This document shows, piece by piece, positions 20,534 to 36,737 of a DNA stretch of 64,000 bases; position 1 is the stretch's first letter; each line of letters begins with the position of its first letter. Made by a program: the position numbers and the translations under genes. Under the pieces are notes generated by a model. That model searched no databases, had not been told where the DNA came from, and was given only the letters and a program-made list of their open reading frames with translations. Source of the stretch: the human T2T-CHM13v2.0 reference genome, Homo sapiens; assembly GCF_009914755.1 (NCBI RefSeq), contig NC_060938.1. The stretch is one strand, 5' to 3'.

Positions 20534-22004
20534 TTAAAGTCTCCCATTATTATTGTGTGGGAGTCTAAGTCTCTTTGTAGGTCACTAAGGACTTGCTTTA
20601 TGAATCTGGGTGCTCCTGTATTGGGTGCATATGTATTTAGGATAGTTAGCTCTTCTTGTTGAACTGATCCCTTTACCATTATGTAATGACCTTCTTTGCC
20701 TCTTTTGATCTTTGTTGGTTTAAAGTCTGTTTTATCAGAGACTAGGATAGCAACCCCTGCCTTTTTTTGTTTTCCATTTGCTTGGTAGATCTTCCTCCAT
20801 CCCTTTATTTTGAGCCTGTGTGTGTCTCTGCACGTGAGATGGGTTTTCTGAATACAGCACACTGATGGGTCTTGACTCTTCATCCAAATTGCCAGTCTAT
20901 GTCTTTTAATTGGAGCTTTTAGCCCATTTACATTTAAAGTTAATATTGTTATGTGTGTATTTGGTCCTGTCATTATGATGTTAGCTGGTTATTTTGCTCA
21001 TTAGTTGATGCAGTTTCTTCCTAGTCTCGATGGTCTTTACATTTTGGCATGTTTTTCCAGTGGCTGGTACCAGTTGTTCCTTTCCATGTTTAGTGCTTCC
21101 TTCAGGAGCTCTTTTAGGGCAGGCCTGGTGGTGACAAAATCTCTCAGCATTTGCTTGTCTGTAAAGGATTTCATTGCTCCTTCATTTATGAAGTTTAGTT
21201 TGGCTGGGTATGAAATTCTGGGTTGAAACTTCTTTTCTTTAAGAATGTTGAATATTGGCCCCCACTCTCTTCTGGCTTGTAGAGTTTCTGCTGAGAGATC
21301 CCCAGTTAATCTGATGGGCTTCCCTTTGTGGGTAACCCGACCTTTCGCTCTGGCTGCCCTTAACGTTTTTTCCTCCATTTCAACTTTGGTGAATCTGACA
21401 ATTATGTGTCTTGGAGTTGCTCTTCTGGAGGAGTATCTTTGTGGCGTTCTCTGTATTTCCTGAATCTGAATGTTGGTCTGCCTTGCTAGATTGGGGAAGT
21501 TCTCCTGGTTAATATCCTGCAGACTGTTTTCCTACTTGGTTCCATTCTCCCTGTCACTTTCAGGTACACCAATCAGACATAGATTTGGTCTTTTCACATA
21601 GTTCCATATTTCTTGGAGGCTTTGTTTGTTTGTTTTTATTCTTTTTTCTCTAAACTTCACTTTTCACTTCATTTCATTCATTTCGTTTTCCATCACTGAT
21701 AAAATGGTGTTCTCTTGTATCTCACTGAGTTTTCTTATGATCATTATTTTAAATTTCAAGCATTTCATAGATTTCCTTTTCTTTGGCATCTTTTACTGGA
21801 GGGTTATTGTGTTCCTTTGGAGGTGTCATGTTTCCTTTCTTTTTCATATTTATTTTGTGCTTACGTTGTTATGTACACATCAGTTGTAACTTGCACCTCT
21901 TCCAATTTTATCAAGTAGCTTCTATGTGAAGGATGTTTTTCCTGTAGATGCATCTATAATGTTCATTGGATAGGGTGCTTTTGCTTTGGCTCTAAATGGG
22001 TACC

Positions 22005-22440
22005 TGATATAGTTTGGATATGTGTTGTCTCCAAATCTCATGTTCAAATGTGTAACTCAATGGTGGAGGTGGGGCCTGGTGGGAGGTATTGAATCATGGG
22101 GGAAGTTCCCTCATTAATGTCTTGGTGCCATCTCCTTGGTAATGAGTGAGTTTTTGCTCTGATTTCACAAAAAAACTGATTCTTTTAAAGTGCATAGCAC
22201 CTCCCCCTTCTCTCTCTTGCTCCCATTCTTGCCATTTGACATCCTGGCTCCCTGTTGCTTTCCTTCATGATTGTAAACTTCCTGAGGACCTCACCAGAAG
22301 CAGATGCCAGAAGCTGGCACCACACTTCCTGTACAGGCTACGGAATTGTGAGCCACAGTAAATCGCTTTTTTTTTTTTTTTTTTACAGATTACCCAGCCT
22401 CAGGCATTTCTTTATAGCAACGCAAGAACAGGCTAATACA
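22005..22440 (+). mobile_element. MST (A/B) solo LTR inside the L1MA 5' region
   Basis: tgatatagtttgg...gaagcagatgccag...ctaataca. Confidence 0.88.
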
Positions 22441-23874
22441 GCAGCACTATATTATAGTCTCTGTATGATAACTTTGGCTATACTTAACATCAGCATGGTG
22501 TACAAATTCCTTAGTGGCATAGGCTATTTGTAGACCCTCTGGTGAGGCTTTGCTGGGGATGGGGTTGCAAGATGGGCAAGTCGTTAGGCTCCTGGATGGC
22601 ATGTGCATGCACTGGCAGAGGCAGTGATGTGGCTCAAGTGGGCTAGTCTTTGGGCCCCAGTCAGGATGCACAGGTGCCGGTGGTGTCCACAGCAGGATGG
22701 GTGGGCTGGTCCTTGGCTCCTGATGGGGCACATGGGTCATAGCGTCTCACTGCTTGAGGTGGGCAGTGGCCTCAGGCAGCCTGTTCTCAGGCTCTGGGAA
22801 GCTGACACTTCTGCTCCCTGTGTTCTTGGGGCAACCTCCTTGATGTGCTGGACCACCTATTCCTGGGGTGTAGAGAGCAGCATAAGTATGAGTGCCAGTG
22901 ACATCCACACCACTAGGTCTAGCCACCATCATGATGCTGCAGCTCTTTGTGCAGATGTCAGGGTGTATTGGTGGAAGCCTAGTGATGTGGAGATGCAGCA
23001 GCTATTGGACCCCAGGGCAGGTTGTGGTTCAGTCCTGGCTCCATTGTCAAAATGGTGGATTGATGCAGTGGCTTGCAGCCCAGGGGTGGGGCCTGGGGAA
23101 GATTCCCTTCCTGGAAAAATGCAGCCGCATAAATTCCAGGCAGCTCCCTATAATAGGTTCCCTGCCTGTGAAGGCCAAGGGGCTTTCCTTTAGTTAGAAT
23201 TGCAGGCATCTGTGGTAGAAATGTGGACTGCTAGGACTCTCTCACTTAACTTTTACCCAAAATGAGAAATTTCTCTTAGCTTCAAACTGTTCTGGCTAGC
23301 TGCTTCACTTCCCTCTGAATACTGTCATCTTAAGTTTCTATGCCTCAGAGGGTTTTCCTGTATGTATGTATGTATACCTGTAGTTTTCCTGCTGGATTCC
23401 ATTAGTCTTCTTAGATGTGCTTTATCTACTTGCTGTTTTGGTCCACTCTTGTGAAGGTGGAAGGAGCTGGGTGGCTCTCATCAGCCATCTTGAGCTAATT
23501 TGTGATTGAAATACCCACAAGTGGTTTAAAAAATTATCAAGTTTCTTATATTTATTTGATGTACAAAATGCATGTTGAAGATACTATTAGTGAGTCAAAG
23601 CACGTACATGCCCAGCCATAGAAGAGGGATGCCTAAGATAGTTCATACTTCACCTATGGAAAGATAATTACAAGATACCTCTTAGTAAATCTTCTTCTAT
23701 CAATCCATTTAAATAATCAAGGGCAAAAAACACTTCATTCCAGCTCTTTGAGATATAACACTGAAGACAAAAGAAATATGCTGGCTATATATCATACAAA
23801 AACTGAGATAGATGCTATAATGCTATCTTTTGGAATAATAATAATTGTACAAATTACAAATAAAAATAAAAAGT

Positions 23875-24110
23875 AATAGGAAAGATATGCATTAGATTTA
23901 CTCTGTGCCATGTACTGTGGATTATAGTATTATCTGTATTTATTTACTCTAACTTTTGAGGTACAATTATTACTTCATCCATTTTTAAGATGGGAAAATG
24001 GAGCCACAGATAGATATTAAGCAACTTGCTAGGATTACCCTTCTAGAATGTGGTGGAGCTGGGGCTTAAAACCATGCAGGCTACTTCTGGAAACATTTGA
24101 ATGACTTTAC
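23875..24110 (-). mobile_element. MIR
   Basis: 'ccatttttaagatgggaaaatggagccacaga...aagcaacttgctaggattac...ggtggagctgggg' MIR core. Confidence 0.7.
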
Positions 24111-24377
24111 TGTAATATCTCTTTATAGAAGTAATGTTTTTAAATACATAAGTATGATTTCTGATACTTTTACAATTCATGTCCTTAGTAGTACACTGAT
24201 AGTCAATTAATATTTATTTCATTGTATTAGTTTCCTATTGATGCTTGACAAATTACCACAAACTTAGTGGCTTAACACAAAACAAAGTTATTATCTTATT
24301 TCTGCAGCTCAGAAATTTGAAATTGTCTCTCTGGGCTAAAATCAATGTATTGGTAGGGACACTTTCCTTTAAGCAGG

Positions 24378-25181
24378 TGATATAGTTTAGTTTGGAGGTG
24401 TGTCCGCAACCAAATCTCATATTGCAATGTAATCCCCAGTGATATGGTTTGGCTGTGTCCCCACCCAAATCTCATCTTGAATTGTAGTTCTTGTAATTCC
24501 CATGTGTCATGGGAGGGAACCAGTGGGAGGTGATTAAATCATGGGGGCAGGACTTTGTCATGCTGTTCTTGTGATACTGAATAAGCCTCCAGAGGTCTGA
24601 TGGTTTTATAAAGGGGAGCTCCCCTGCATATGCTCTTTTGCCTACCACCATGCAAGATGTGACTTTGTTCCTCCTCCTGCCATAATTGTGAGGCCTCCCC
24701 ACCCATGTTGAACTGTGAGTCAATTAAACCTCTTATCTTTATAAATTTCCCAGTCTTGGATATGTCTTTATTAGCAGTGTGAGAACAGACAAATACACCC
24801 AGTGTTGGAGGTGGGACCTGGTGGGAGGTGATTGATTGGATCATGGGAATGGATCCCTCATGAAAGACTTGGCACCATCCCTCTTGGTACTGTCCGCATG
24901 GTAGTGAGTTCTCATGAGATCTGACCATCTCAAAGTATGCCGCGTAGCACCAGTGCCCTTACTCTCTCTTGCCCCTGTTTTGGCCATGTGACATGCCTCT
25001 TCCCCCTTTGCCTTCTGCCATGATTATAAGTTTCCTGAGGCCTTCCCAGAAGCCTAGCAGATGTCAGCATCATGCTTCCTGTACAGGCTGCAGAGCCATG
25101 AGCCAATTAAACCTTTGTTTATTTTATAAATTACACAGTCTCAGGTATTTCTTGATTGTACTGTGGGAGTGAAATAACATA
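24378..25181 (+). mobile_element. MST solo LTR, split by THE1
   Basis: TSD gcagg / gcaga (24373-24377, 25182-25186); MST body. Confidence 0.87.
24440..24797 (+). mobile_element. THE1 (B/C-type) solo LTR
   Basis: Perfect TSD CCCAG (24435-24439, 24798-24802). Confidence 0.92.
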
Positions 25182-26440
25182 GCAGACTCTAGGGTAGAAT
25201 CAGTTTTCTTACCTTTTCTAGTTCCTAGCAGGTTCCCTCAGCCCTTGGTTTGTGGTGCCTTTTTATCTTCAAAGTCAGCAATGGCCAAGTTACTCTTTCT
25301 CATGATGCTATCTCTTAATTTCTGAATTTTCTGTCTCCCTCTTTCTTATATATGGACACTCGTGTTTACTGTGGGCCCCCTGGCTAATCCAGGATAATCT
25401 ATTTTAAGGTCAGTTAATTAGCAACCTCAATTTCATCTGAAATCTTTATTGCCCTTTGCCATGTAATATAACATATTCACAAGTTCAGAAAATTAGGACA
25501 TATACATCGTTGAGCTATTACACTCATTATGTATTTGTATTGTGTTTTTTGTACCTATAATGAGTGTGTATGTATGCATAATATAATCACAGTGTAATGG
25601 GAAATCAAATTAATTATTTAATTAACCATACCTTAAACAAACATTGTATTAGTCTGTGGTTTAAAACAGGTTACCTATATTAAACACTGATGAATTGGTT
25701 CATGTTGGAAATCGCCATTTGGTCAGTAAACCTCAGCAAGGCCCTGTGAGTGCTATAATTAGGGCTTCCAGCAGAGTTAGAAAAGTAATAGTTGGCATGC
25801 GAATCTGAAAGTTGTTATAGTTTGCAGCCAGTAATGGCTTGTCCACTCTATTCTAGGCTCTTGGGATAATAACTTTGTTATTTGAGTATTTAACCTGCTT
25901 CTATGGTTTAAAGTATAAAATCTTCAAGAGTAGAGTCTCTTTAAGTCTTTGTAAAAACTCTACATTTTGATGACAGGTCTGTTATTATTCTGAGTCACTT
26001 GCTATATGTGATTTGCTTTCTATTTTCTTTATCTTGCCTACTAAACAGAAAATGGACATTAGACAATGTTCTGTGATAAAAAACATCTGCTTAATTTTTT
26101 TCAAAATGCTGGATTCAAGGATGACAAGAAACAGCATTCATTGTATTTCTATAATTTGTGTCGAATATTTAAAAGTGGAAGAAACTGACCTTCAATAGTT
26201 ATTGAGGTAGTACTCAAATCATGCTCAATTTTTTGTTCTATCTTTAAATCATACCTCATAAATCAGATAATGTGACCTGAAAGACAAAAGCAATGTCTAC
26301 CTGCAAGCAAACATTGGATGGAAACTAATCACCCTGCCTATATATGTGACCCACATAATGATTATATGACATCAGCAGAAAAAGGGTTGTAAAAATGATT
26401 TTGCCAGGGTCCACAACATGAGGCTTATGAACACATAGAG

Positions 26441-26672
26441 CAGTATTTCTCAACTTTTTAAAAAGTTATAACTTCCTAAGGAGTTTTCTGGACACACTTT
26501 TTCTAATCGCTTCCTTCCTTCCGTAGAATTTTAATACTACAGATTTATTGTATATTTGTTTATGCATGGCAGCCCTTGGAGGGCCACAAACTATTGTAAT
26601 AGCTAAGATGCCACCTCCTAAGGAAAGAATTTTCACACTCTTGGGGCCAATATCACCCCCACTGAGATCCAT
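26441..26672. mobile_element. MER112-like hAT-Charlie element
   Basis: 'cagtatttctcaac...ggagggccacaaactattgtaata...ttggggccaatatcacccccactgaga'. Confidence 0.7.
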
Positions 26673-28002
26673 AACACAGAGTGACAGTAGTGGAAGGAAG
26701 CTTAATAGGCTGTTATTCAAAACTCTTCATTCTACTAACAAGGAACCTGGGACACAGAGAAGAAAATTGATTTGCCTAAAAGGATACATACTTAATAGGC
26801 ATTATGGAGAAAACAAAAGAAATGTAAGGCGTAGAATATGGTGAATTTGTTTTTACATACAACTAATATTGAACAAGTTACCTTTCCCACAGAAAAAGTT
26901 TCCATTCCCACCAAAGCACTGTGGGTAAGGAAGAAACCCCATGATACCTGCATCATGACGAAGTGATAATGAAACTGTCAGGACATTCAAGGTATTACAA
27001 TTTCGTCTGATATTTTCATACAGACAGAATGTAATATTACTTGATAATTTATAAAATAAGTATTATTTTTATGATAATATATAATAGAAAAATAATCCTT
27101 TGTCGAATTCAGCCACAGAGATTTTAAAATTCCAATAGAAGGAAAGACTTGTTTAAAGGTCAATCACTCGAATACTCTTGGTATTTTCCCACAGTTAGAG
27201 ATTATTCGACAAAGTAAAGAGTTCACAACTGTCAGATGCTGGCATTTCGAAGGGTAAAAGACATCTTTATGAAATAGAACAAATATCTTTTCATGTAAAA
27301 CAATGTGTTAAATACCATCTAGAAAAGAGTATTAAATTTGTTCTTTCAAGTTATTTATGAAAATTATGTCCTACATTCGAGTAATAAAAAAAGAGTCACA
27401 ACCAAAAAGTAAAACTGCCATTTGAAATTAATGTCTTCATTTTCCTGATGTAAATGACTGCAAAATATTTAGCAGAAGATTGCTGCTAAGATCAGAGCAG
27501 TAAATAATGTTCTATGATTAGATTCCAGTGTATATGAAGAGAGCAAATAGCCTTGTTTCCTGGTCACAGGGAGAGATGGTTTCTGACAGACATTTGCATA
27601 CATTCCTAGTTGGAACACTAGACCACTAATTAAAATTAGTGAGATTCTTTTAGTCCAGTAAAGTATTCTAAATTGTTTCACTCTGCATACCTTACTTGTA
27701 ATACATTCCTAAATTTATGAGTAATACCTGTTGCAAAATAATACAAATAATAATACAAATAATGTGGATATTATAGAAAAAAACATAATAAAGTGATGTA
27801 CAGTTGTGATAACTGAAAGGTATATAAAATATGAAAAAATATGAATAGTTATGTCCTTACTTTTGGCCGTGAATTTGATGGTGTTAACATTTATTCCCCT
27901 TGAAAATATGCTTTCCATTCTATGCCATCCACCTATCCTGGGTGTGTCTCAAGGCCAGTAAACTCAAGCAAACCTCCCTTCAATTTTGTTCATAGGGATT
28001 TC

Positions 28003-28044
28003 CTAAGATCCTGTCAGTTTTTTCTAAGATCCTGTCAGTTTTTT
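28003..28044. repeat. 21-bp perfect tandem duplication (ctaagatcctgtcagtttttt x2)
   Basis: Direct reading. Confidence 0.9.
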
Positions 28045-28189
28045 AAATGTTAGCCTTGCTCTAAATACATGTTGAGTTTTACCTGGTCTCTTACTTCTAG
28101 AATATAACATCCCCAATTCCAGGACCAAGCACCATATTTCTTAAACTGACCTCATTGGCTGGTGAGATAGAGATCAGATACTAATTTAT

Positions 28190-30180
28190 TCCTTCATTTG
28201 TTATTTTATTCATTTCAAAAGCATTTATTGATCACTTAAATGGGCAAGGAACTTTGCTAGACTTAGAGACACGATGGTGAATAGGAGTGACCAGTTCTTT
28301 ACGTATCTTACATTCTAGTTGAGGTGAGTAACATAAAATAAATATTTGCATAATTTAAAGGATTATTCCATTATAATGTTGATAAATACCGCAAATGAGT
28401 TTAGAGCATTCATATTATATAAAAAGAAACTTGTCCTAGGCTGGTGAGTCAAGAAAGACTTCCCCGATTAAGTGACATTTAATCTGAGGCTCAAAAACAG
28501 TACAAGTTTACTTTTCAAAGAAAAAGGAGAAAAGCAATACAGAATGAGCAAAATAGGCAAGGGACCTAAGACAGAGAGGAATCTGGTTCATGAAAGGAAG
28601 TACATGAAAACAAGTGTGGTGTGAAGTGAGAGGTGGGGCGGATGTGTAAAATTATTGCTGAGGTAGGTAGATACCAGATTATCTAGCACAATTTTAATTA
28701 TTTTAAATATTATCCTTAGAGACTTGGGAAGGCACAAATGAATATTAAGTTGTGAAATTACAGGATTATATTTAGGCTTCATAATTATTTTTCAGTAAAG
28801 AGTATGGAGAATGAACTGGGTGTACAAAAGAAAAAGGACACAATCAGCAGAGCGAAAGGCAACCTAAAGAATGGAAAAATGCTTGTGAACTATGTATGTG
28901 ATAAGGGGCTAATATCTAGAGCATATTAAGAACTCCTACAACTAAACAACAACAATGACAAAGTCAAATTACCTAATTAAAAAATGAGCAATGGATTTGA
29001 ATAGACATTTCTCCAAAGATGATATGCAAATGACCAGTGAGCATAAAACAAGATGCTCAGAGTCACCAGTCACCAAGACATACAAATCAAAACCACAATG
29101 CCATATTAACTGACACTGGTTAGGGTGTATTTCATCCAAAAACAAAATGTAACGAATGCTGGAAAGCATGTGGAGAAATGGGAACCCTTGGGCACTTTAG
29201 CTGTGGTTGTGAAATAGTGTAACGGCTATGGAAAATAGTATGGAGGTTCCTCAGAAAATTAAAAATACAACTACCATATTATCTGACAATTCTACTTCTG
29301 AGCATATATCCAAAAGAATGGAAGCAGGGTCTCAAGAACATATTTGTGTTCACACATTAAATGCCAGCCCTATTTACAATAGTCAAGAAGTACAAGCAAC
29401 CCAAATATTCATCCACAGATACATGGATAAATAAAATGTGATACATTCATGTAACAGATTATTCAGCCTTAAAAAGAAATGTTTCACATGCTATAACAGC
29501 GATGAGCCATGGAGTACATTATGCTAAGTGAAATCAGTCAGACAGAAAAAGACAAATACTGTATGATTCACCTTAGATAAGGTATCTAAAGTAGTCAAAT
29601 TCATAAAAACATAAAGTAGAGTGGTGGTTACCAGGAACGGTGAGGAGAGAGAAAAAAGGAGTTGTTTAACGAGTACAGTGTCAGATTTACAAGATGGAAA
29701 GGCTCTGGAGATTTGTTTCACAATGTAAATATAGGTAACATTACTGAACTTGCACTTAAAAATAGTTAAGAAGGTGAATTTTATGTAAGTGTTCTTACCA
29801 TAATAAAAAATAACCAGGAGGTAATTCCTCAGTTCAAAGAAAAGATGAATGGTTGTTTGCATTAGAACTGTAGTAGTGGAGCTCAAGGAAAAGAAATGAA
29901 TATAAGAGATTTAGAAAATAAACTTAACAGGCACATTAGAAACATATGTAGGGGTAAGGGAGGGGAAGTAGTCAAAGAAGTCTTGAATTATAAAAATATA
30001 TATGTGGCAGTATTATAGCTGAGATACATATGCAGGATTCATTGGTATATGGGCAGTAAGAACTGTCATGGGCGTGGATGAGATCATGAAGGAAGTGAAA
30101 GGTTGATGGTGAAGAAAGAAAGTGAGATGCAAAGAAAATCTAAAGCTTAACCTGAACTTCTTAGGGTTTACAGGCTAAGT
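28190..30180 (-). mobile_element. L2 fragments (28190-28820 and 29813-30180) split by an L1M
   Basis: 'cattt...gcatttattgatcactt' L2 tail followed by purine-rich L2 body; very diverged. Confidence 0.6.
28825..29812 (+). mobile_element. L1M 3' fragment (L1MA10/L1MB1-2-type)
   Basis: ORF2 C-terminal homology (MENSMEVPQKIK) and 3' end 'actgaacttgcacttaaaaatagttaaga...accataataaaaaa'. Confidence 0.8.
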
Positions 30181-33100
30181 TCAGCAAAAGGGGTTGACAT
30201 AAATCTCTGAGAAGAAGATATACTAATAGGCGTACTCCAATTAATCAAAAAAAGTCACATTTACCATTAATTGCCCATTAATATAAACCGAAGAGATTAT
30301 CATAAGGACATAATCCCTGTATAATCCAATCTTAAACTTTGTGATGATCAAAGGAAGAAACTGCACAGTTCCAATTGGTCTTTCCTTACTCTGATTTCCT
30401 AACTCTGTTTGTATAAAGATGTGTTGTTCTATAGATTAGATTGAAGTTACTACATAAGCAAATGAATTACTTAAATCAACTAATTGTACAGATTTGCCAT
30501 AAGTCAACTTACCGTGTGGATTCAACAGAATTCAGATTTTTTTATTAACACTATAACAAACATAGTATCTGTTCAGGAATACTAACCCTTATGTGCATAA
30601 CTCATGAGGAGCTTTCAAAATAGGGTGTTCATTTCTTACTGCGTGTACCACTTAATACCACTGAGCACACAATTCAAAAAAGCCTGTAAGTCTTAAAACT
30701 AAATATTATATTACAGAATACATTGATGAATTCACGTCCAATGCACTACTTCTTGTAAGACATTACAATGTGATGTGGCTAAATATATTTCCACTGCATT
30801 GCTAATCACATTATAGATGATATAAACTATGGAACAGATAGTTATTATTTATAAATAAATTTTAGGTCTGTCCTTGATTTTCTTCATTTGAAAATGAGTG
30901 TTTTAGGCATTGAAAATCACTTACATTATTATTATTTGTTGCTTTTCTGTTAAAATGACCTCATATTGATTAGTTTCTAATCATTCCAATTTATAAGCAC
31001 AAATTAGTATAAACCACACATTTTAAAATCTGTCTGATAAGACATTTTGGATACAAGGCAAATATCTACTTGAGTATAATTTCTCTTAAGATTTGTTTCT
31101 GTCTACATTTCATACTGGGTTCTTTTTAGAAATAAAAAACAAACTTAATAGTAAAGACCTGTTTAAAATAATTAGACACGAAAAAAAGTAAACTTTTTCA
31201 TCTTATCTTGTTATTTTGAAATGTAATTTTCAATGTGTTGGTCATCAAACATTGATGTTTACTTCGGTATAAACCATATTTTTGCAATTCTGATTATACC
31301 CTAAGGTAATTTATAAGATTCTACCAGTTATTTTGATATAATTAATTACTAACATATAAAAAGACAATAATGATATACTATTTCTATAATAAAAAATTTT
31401 CCATTGGGAAGAATTGTAAATACATAAATAGCTTAGTACCTTTATAGACTATAAATATAGCACTGTAGAATAGTAAACGTAATCTGAAAATAAAGCTTAA
31501 TGTAAGAATAATATAAACAGTCATGTAAGTATTTTAAAATGATCTACCTTTTGTAAAAAAAAAAAAAATCCAACATGTCCTGTAACTCATAGCAGATAAT
31601 TATTACATAGTTTTAAATAACTTTGAGGGAAATATTACTATGATAAAGTAAATTTGCATGAAAAAGTCCCAAAACCAAGGAAATAAAATATATCGATGAA
31701 ATCATACATTCATACACATACACCCTCATGCATACATATCAAATATACATACCTTTATGTATATGTCAATAATTTCAAATTATAAGAAATATAATTTGTA
31801 ATAGTTTAATTCTTTGTATGAAGACACAATAATTACGTTGAAAGATTTAGAGAATAAAAGAATACTCATTACATATAATGAATAGGCTAGAATGTTTAAA
31901 ATATAATTTAAAATTTCTCTTAAAACTCAAGTGTAATAGAAGACCATAGATATAGATACATATCTTTAATATGTATATTTTAAATCCAAATTGAACATCC
32001 CAGTACTTTGAACTATGATGCAGGCTGTTATATATAAAACTCTTAGACAAGAATTTAAAAGTTGTATATAGGTGTGAAATATTTCTTATTACTTTTAAAC
32101 TGGGGCACATTTCCTTTCTTGGAATAAGTCAATAATAATATTTAATTTAATTCAGCACTTTAGTAAATGTACTTTTGCCCTTGAAGAGATAAATCACTGA
32201 CTCAGGAGAGAAAAAAAGAGTATACAAACTTTACCTTCTATTTAGAGAAATGCCAGGGTGAGCAGATTGTGACATACATCTCTTATCAGGTGAGCCTTTG
32301 AAGGCAATTGTGGGTGAATTTTAACAAAGAAAAAAAAAGTGAATTGTTATAAGTACTGGATAAATAAAACAAATAGAAGCAAAAATAAGGCATTGCGAGT
32401 TAACACAGATATGACAAAAATTAATAAAACTTTAAATTATTACTATGCTATTCCAAAGCTTGTTTAAATGAATACATATCTCCTATACAATTTTGCCTAT
32501 ATCACTAAAGAGGTAAGTCACTGTAATTATAGTACATCGTAAAACTCCATTAGACCATTTAAGGTAGTTTTTTTCCCTGTGGTTCCACATTACAATCATA
32601 TTTCAATAAAGCTAATGCATTTTTCCCAATGATAGGAAATTCTTTTCTCAGTATACCAAATCCATGACAAAATCTGTGCTAATGCATGAAACTAGAAACC
32701 TAATAAAATACAAAAGTTTGTAAGAAGAGTCAGAACTTCTAAAATCTTGTTAAATATAGATAATCTAGTGTACACTATATGCCACTTAATGCTGAGTACT
32801 TAGGTAAGGATTAATAACTCACTCACATCACTTTCTTATAGTAAGGAATTGCATATTAAGCCATGTGACTGTCATGTCATGTCTAGTAACACATACAAGG
32901 ACCTATTTTTACCTCCAGCCCTTGCAACAATTATATTAGGAATCCTTTAAAAATATTTCTTAATTTCTACCGAAGGTACCTGCCTCTATCCCTGGCCCCA
33001 AATGGCTCTCAGTGCCTATAAATGTTCTCCATTTAATGGCTCAAAAGGGAAAGGGAAACTTATGGTGTCCTTTAAATTCCTTCCACCTATCATTCTATTT

Positions 33101-33642
33101 CCTTAAGCTTTCTGAAATGATTATCAAATCTTGATAAACTATTTAGTTATAAATAGCAATCAATTCACCATTTATTTAAAAAAAGGGAAACGAACATGGA
33201 AGGAAAATACAGAGCAAATTTTTTGCACTGATATTTCTCCTGGCACACAGGACTTCAACTGTATTCAAAAAAAATGGACTTCCCATTGCTGTCTGGCATG
33301 TAAGGAGACTGGAAGGTAACGTTCTATGCTAACAATAAGTAAAAACTTGAACAAGCTGAAAAACTGACTACCCTTCTTAGATTCATCAGAAAACTCAGGT
33401 CATAGGGAAAATTGGTGCCCCCAAAATTGGAGAAACAGATGGACACAGAGAATCATAAGATGGGCATTAAGAATCAGCAGAAATTCATTAGCAAAAATCT
33501 CCATGGGAACCAGTACTGACATAGGAAAACAAAACTGTAACTGACAATTCCTAGAGGCTCAGTGCAGACAAATCTGATGGTTAAAAACTGCAGGGGAGCC
33601 AGTTGTAGTGGGACCTGCACATACTTATAAAAAAGTTTTACT

Positions 33643-33943
33643 GGCTGGGTGCAGTGGCTCACACCTGTAATCCCAGCACTTTGGGAGGCCAAGGTGGGTG
33701 GATCACAAGGTCAAGAGATCGAGACCATCCTGGCCAACATGGTGAAACCCTATCGCTACTAAAAATACAAAATATTATCTGGGCATGGTGGCGCACACCT
33801 GTAATCCCAGCTACTGGGGAGGCTGAGGCAGGAGAATCACTTGAACCCAGGAGGCGGAGGTTGCAGTGAGCCGAGATCGTGCCACTGCACCCAGCCTGAC
33901 GACACATCAAGACTCTGACTAAAAAAAAAAAAAGAAGAAAAAA
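33643..33943 (+). mobile_element. AluSc-like
   Basis: 'gatcacaaggtcaagagatcgagaccatcctggccaac'; poly(A); degenerate TSD aaaagttttac / ataagtgttac. Confidence 0.92.
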
Positions 33944-34729
33944 AATAAGTGTTACCTTCAGGAGCTCTACCAAGTTCTCAAAGTCAAGACTGGAGAACAA
34001 TCCCCTACGGCTTCTGCAGGAGGAGGAGAGAAAAAGTAACCACATTTAAATCAAGCATTCTTTTTCAAAGGGCTTTTCTTCAACAAAAACCATTTTAGCA
34101 TACTCTAACCTACTGATGTGCTACCAGAGTTTAACCAACCTGGAAGAAAGGAAGCATGCAACTCTATCCCCCTCAACCCAACCAGTCCCAAATAGAGATG
34201 AAAAAAATGAAGAAGGCTTTCTGAAATTCACAGCTGGGAGCACAGGCTCACTTAAAAACTCAGAATTAGTCACAGGACTATTAAAGGCTTCCCTTCCCCT
34301 TACACTGTACCACCATACCACTAAAGGCTTATTTACCAGCGTTCTTTTTCCCTAACATATCATGTGTAGATTTAATAACAAAAAAAAGTATACTAAAGGG
34401 CAAAAAACCAACAACAAAAAAAACAAAACACAGCTGGAATCGACAGATAAAGCATGAGAACCAGACTCTGATATGACAGGCATGTTGGAATTATCAGATT
34501 GAGAATATAAAAACAACTATGATTAATATACTGTGGGCTTTAATGGAACAAGTAGACAACAGATAAACAAGGTAAGCAGAGAGATAAAAATAATAAAAAC
34601 AAATTACAAACAGATGCTGAGATTTTAAAAAATTGTAACAAAAATGAAGAGTGCCTTTGATGAGCTTATTAGTAGACTGGGCACGGCTAAGGAAAGAATC
34701 TCTGAGTTTGAGAATATGTCAGTAGATAG

Positions 34730-35119
<390 letters not shown>

Positions 35120-35280
35120 CAGAAGCAATAATGACTGAGAATTTCCCCACATTACTTTTTGCAATAAACCTTACTTTTTACTTTTGTCAGGCACCAAACC
35201 ACAAATCCAAGAAGCTCAGAGAACATTAAGCAATATAAATGCAAAACCAACCAACAAACCCCCAAACTGCACCCAGGCAT

Positions 35281-36574
<1,294 letters not shown>

Positions 36575-36737
36575 GCATGTCATATCTGAACTGCAGGAAT
36601 AAAAAAAACAAAAAAACAAAAAAACCTTGAAATGAGCCAGAGATACAGAGAGAAAACACTTCACTTATGCAGGAGCAAAGGTAAAATTACATCCACCTTC
36701 TCAGAGATATTGCAGCAAGAAGAGAGTGGAGTGAATC

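Larger units (their letters stand above)
24223..25522 (-). mobile_element. MLT1 (C/D-type) LTR, split by MST
   Basis: 'tgtattagtttcctattg...aattaccacaaacttagtggcttaa' start; resumes at 25182 'gactctagggtagaatc...ggctaatccaggataatct'. Confidence 0.82.

Noticed and set aside
22603-23209. 196-aa ORF / GC-richer island as a host exon or promoter
   Set aside because: Lies in the L1MA 5' region, is CpG-depleted and has no recognisable protein similarity.
32246-32520. Further possible exons (32246-32289; donors near 9248 and 32513; acceptor near 57108)
   Set aside because: Isolated splice-like motifs are expected by chance in 64 kb of AT-rich DNA and have no linking evidence.
25530-33270. Conserved non-coding elements in the repeat-poor stretches
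   Set aside because: Cannot be supported without cross-species alignment.
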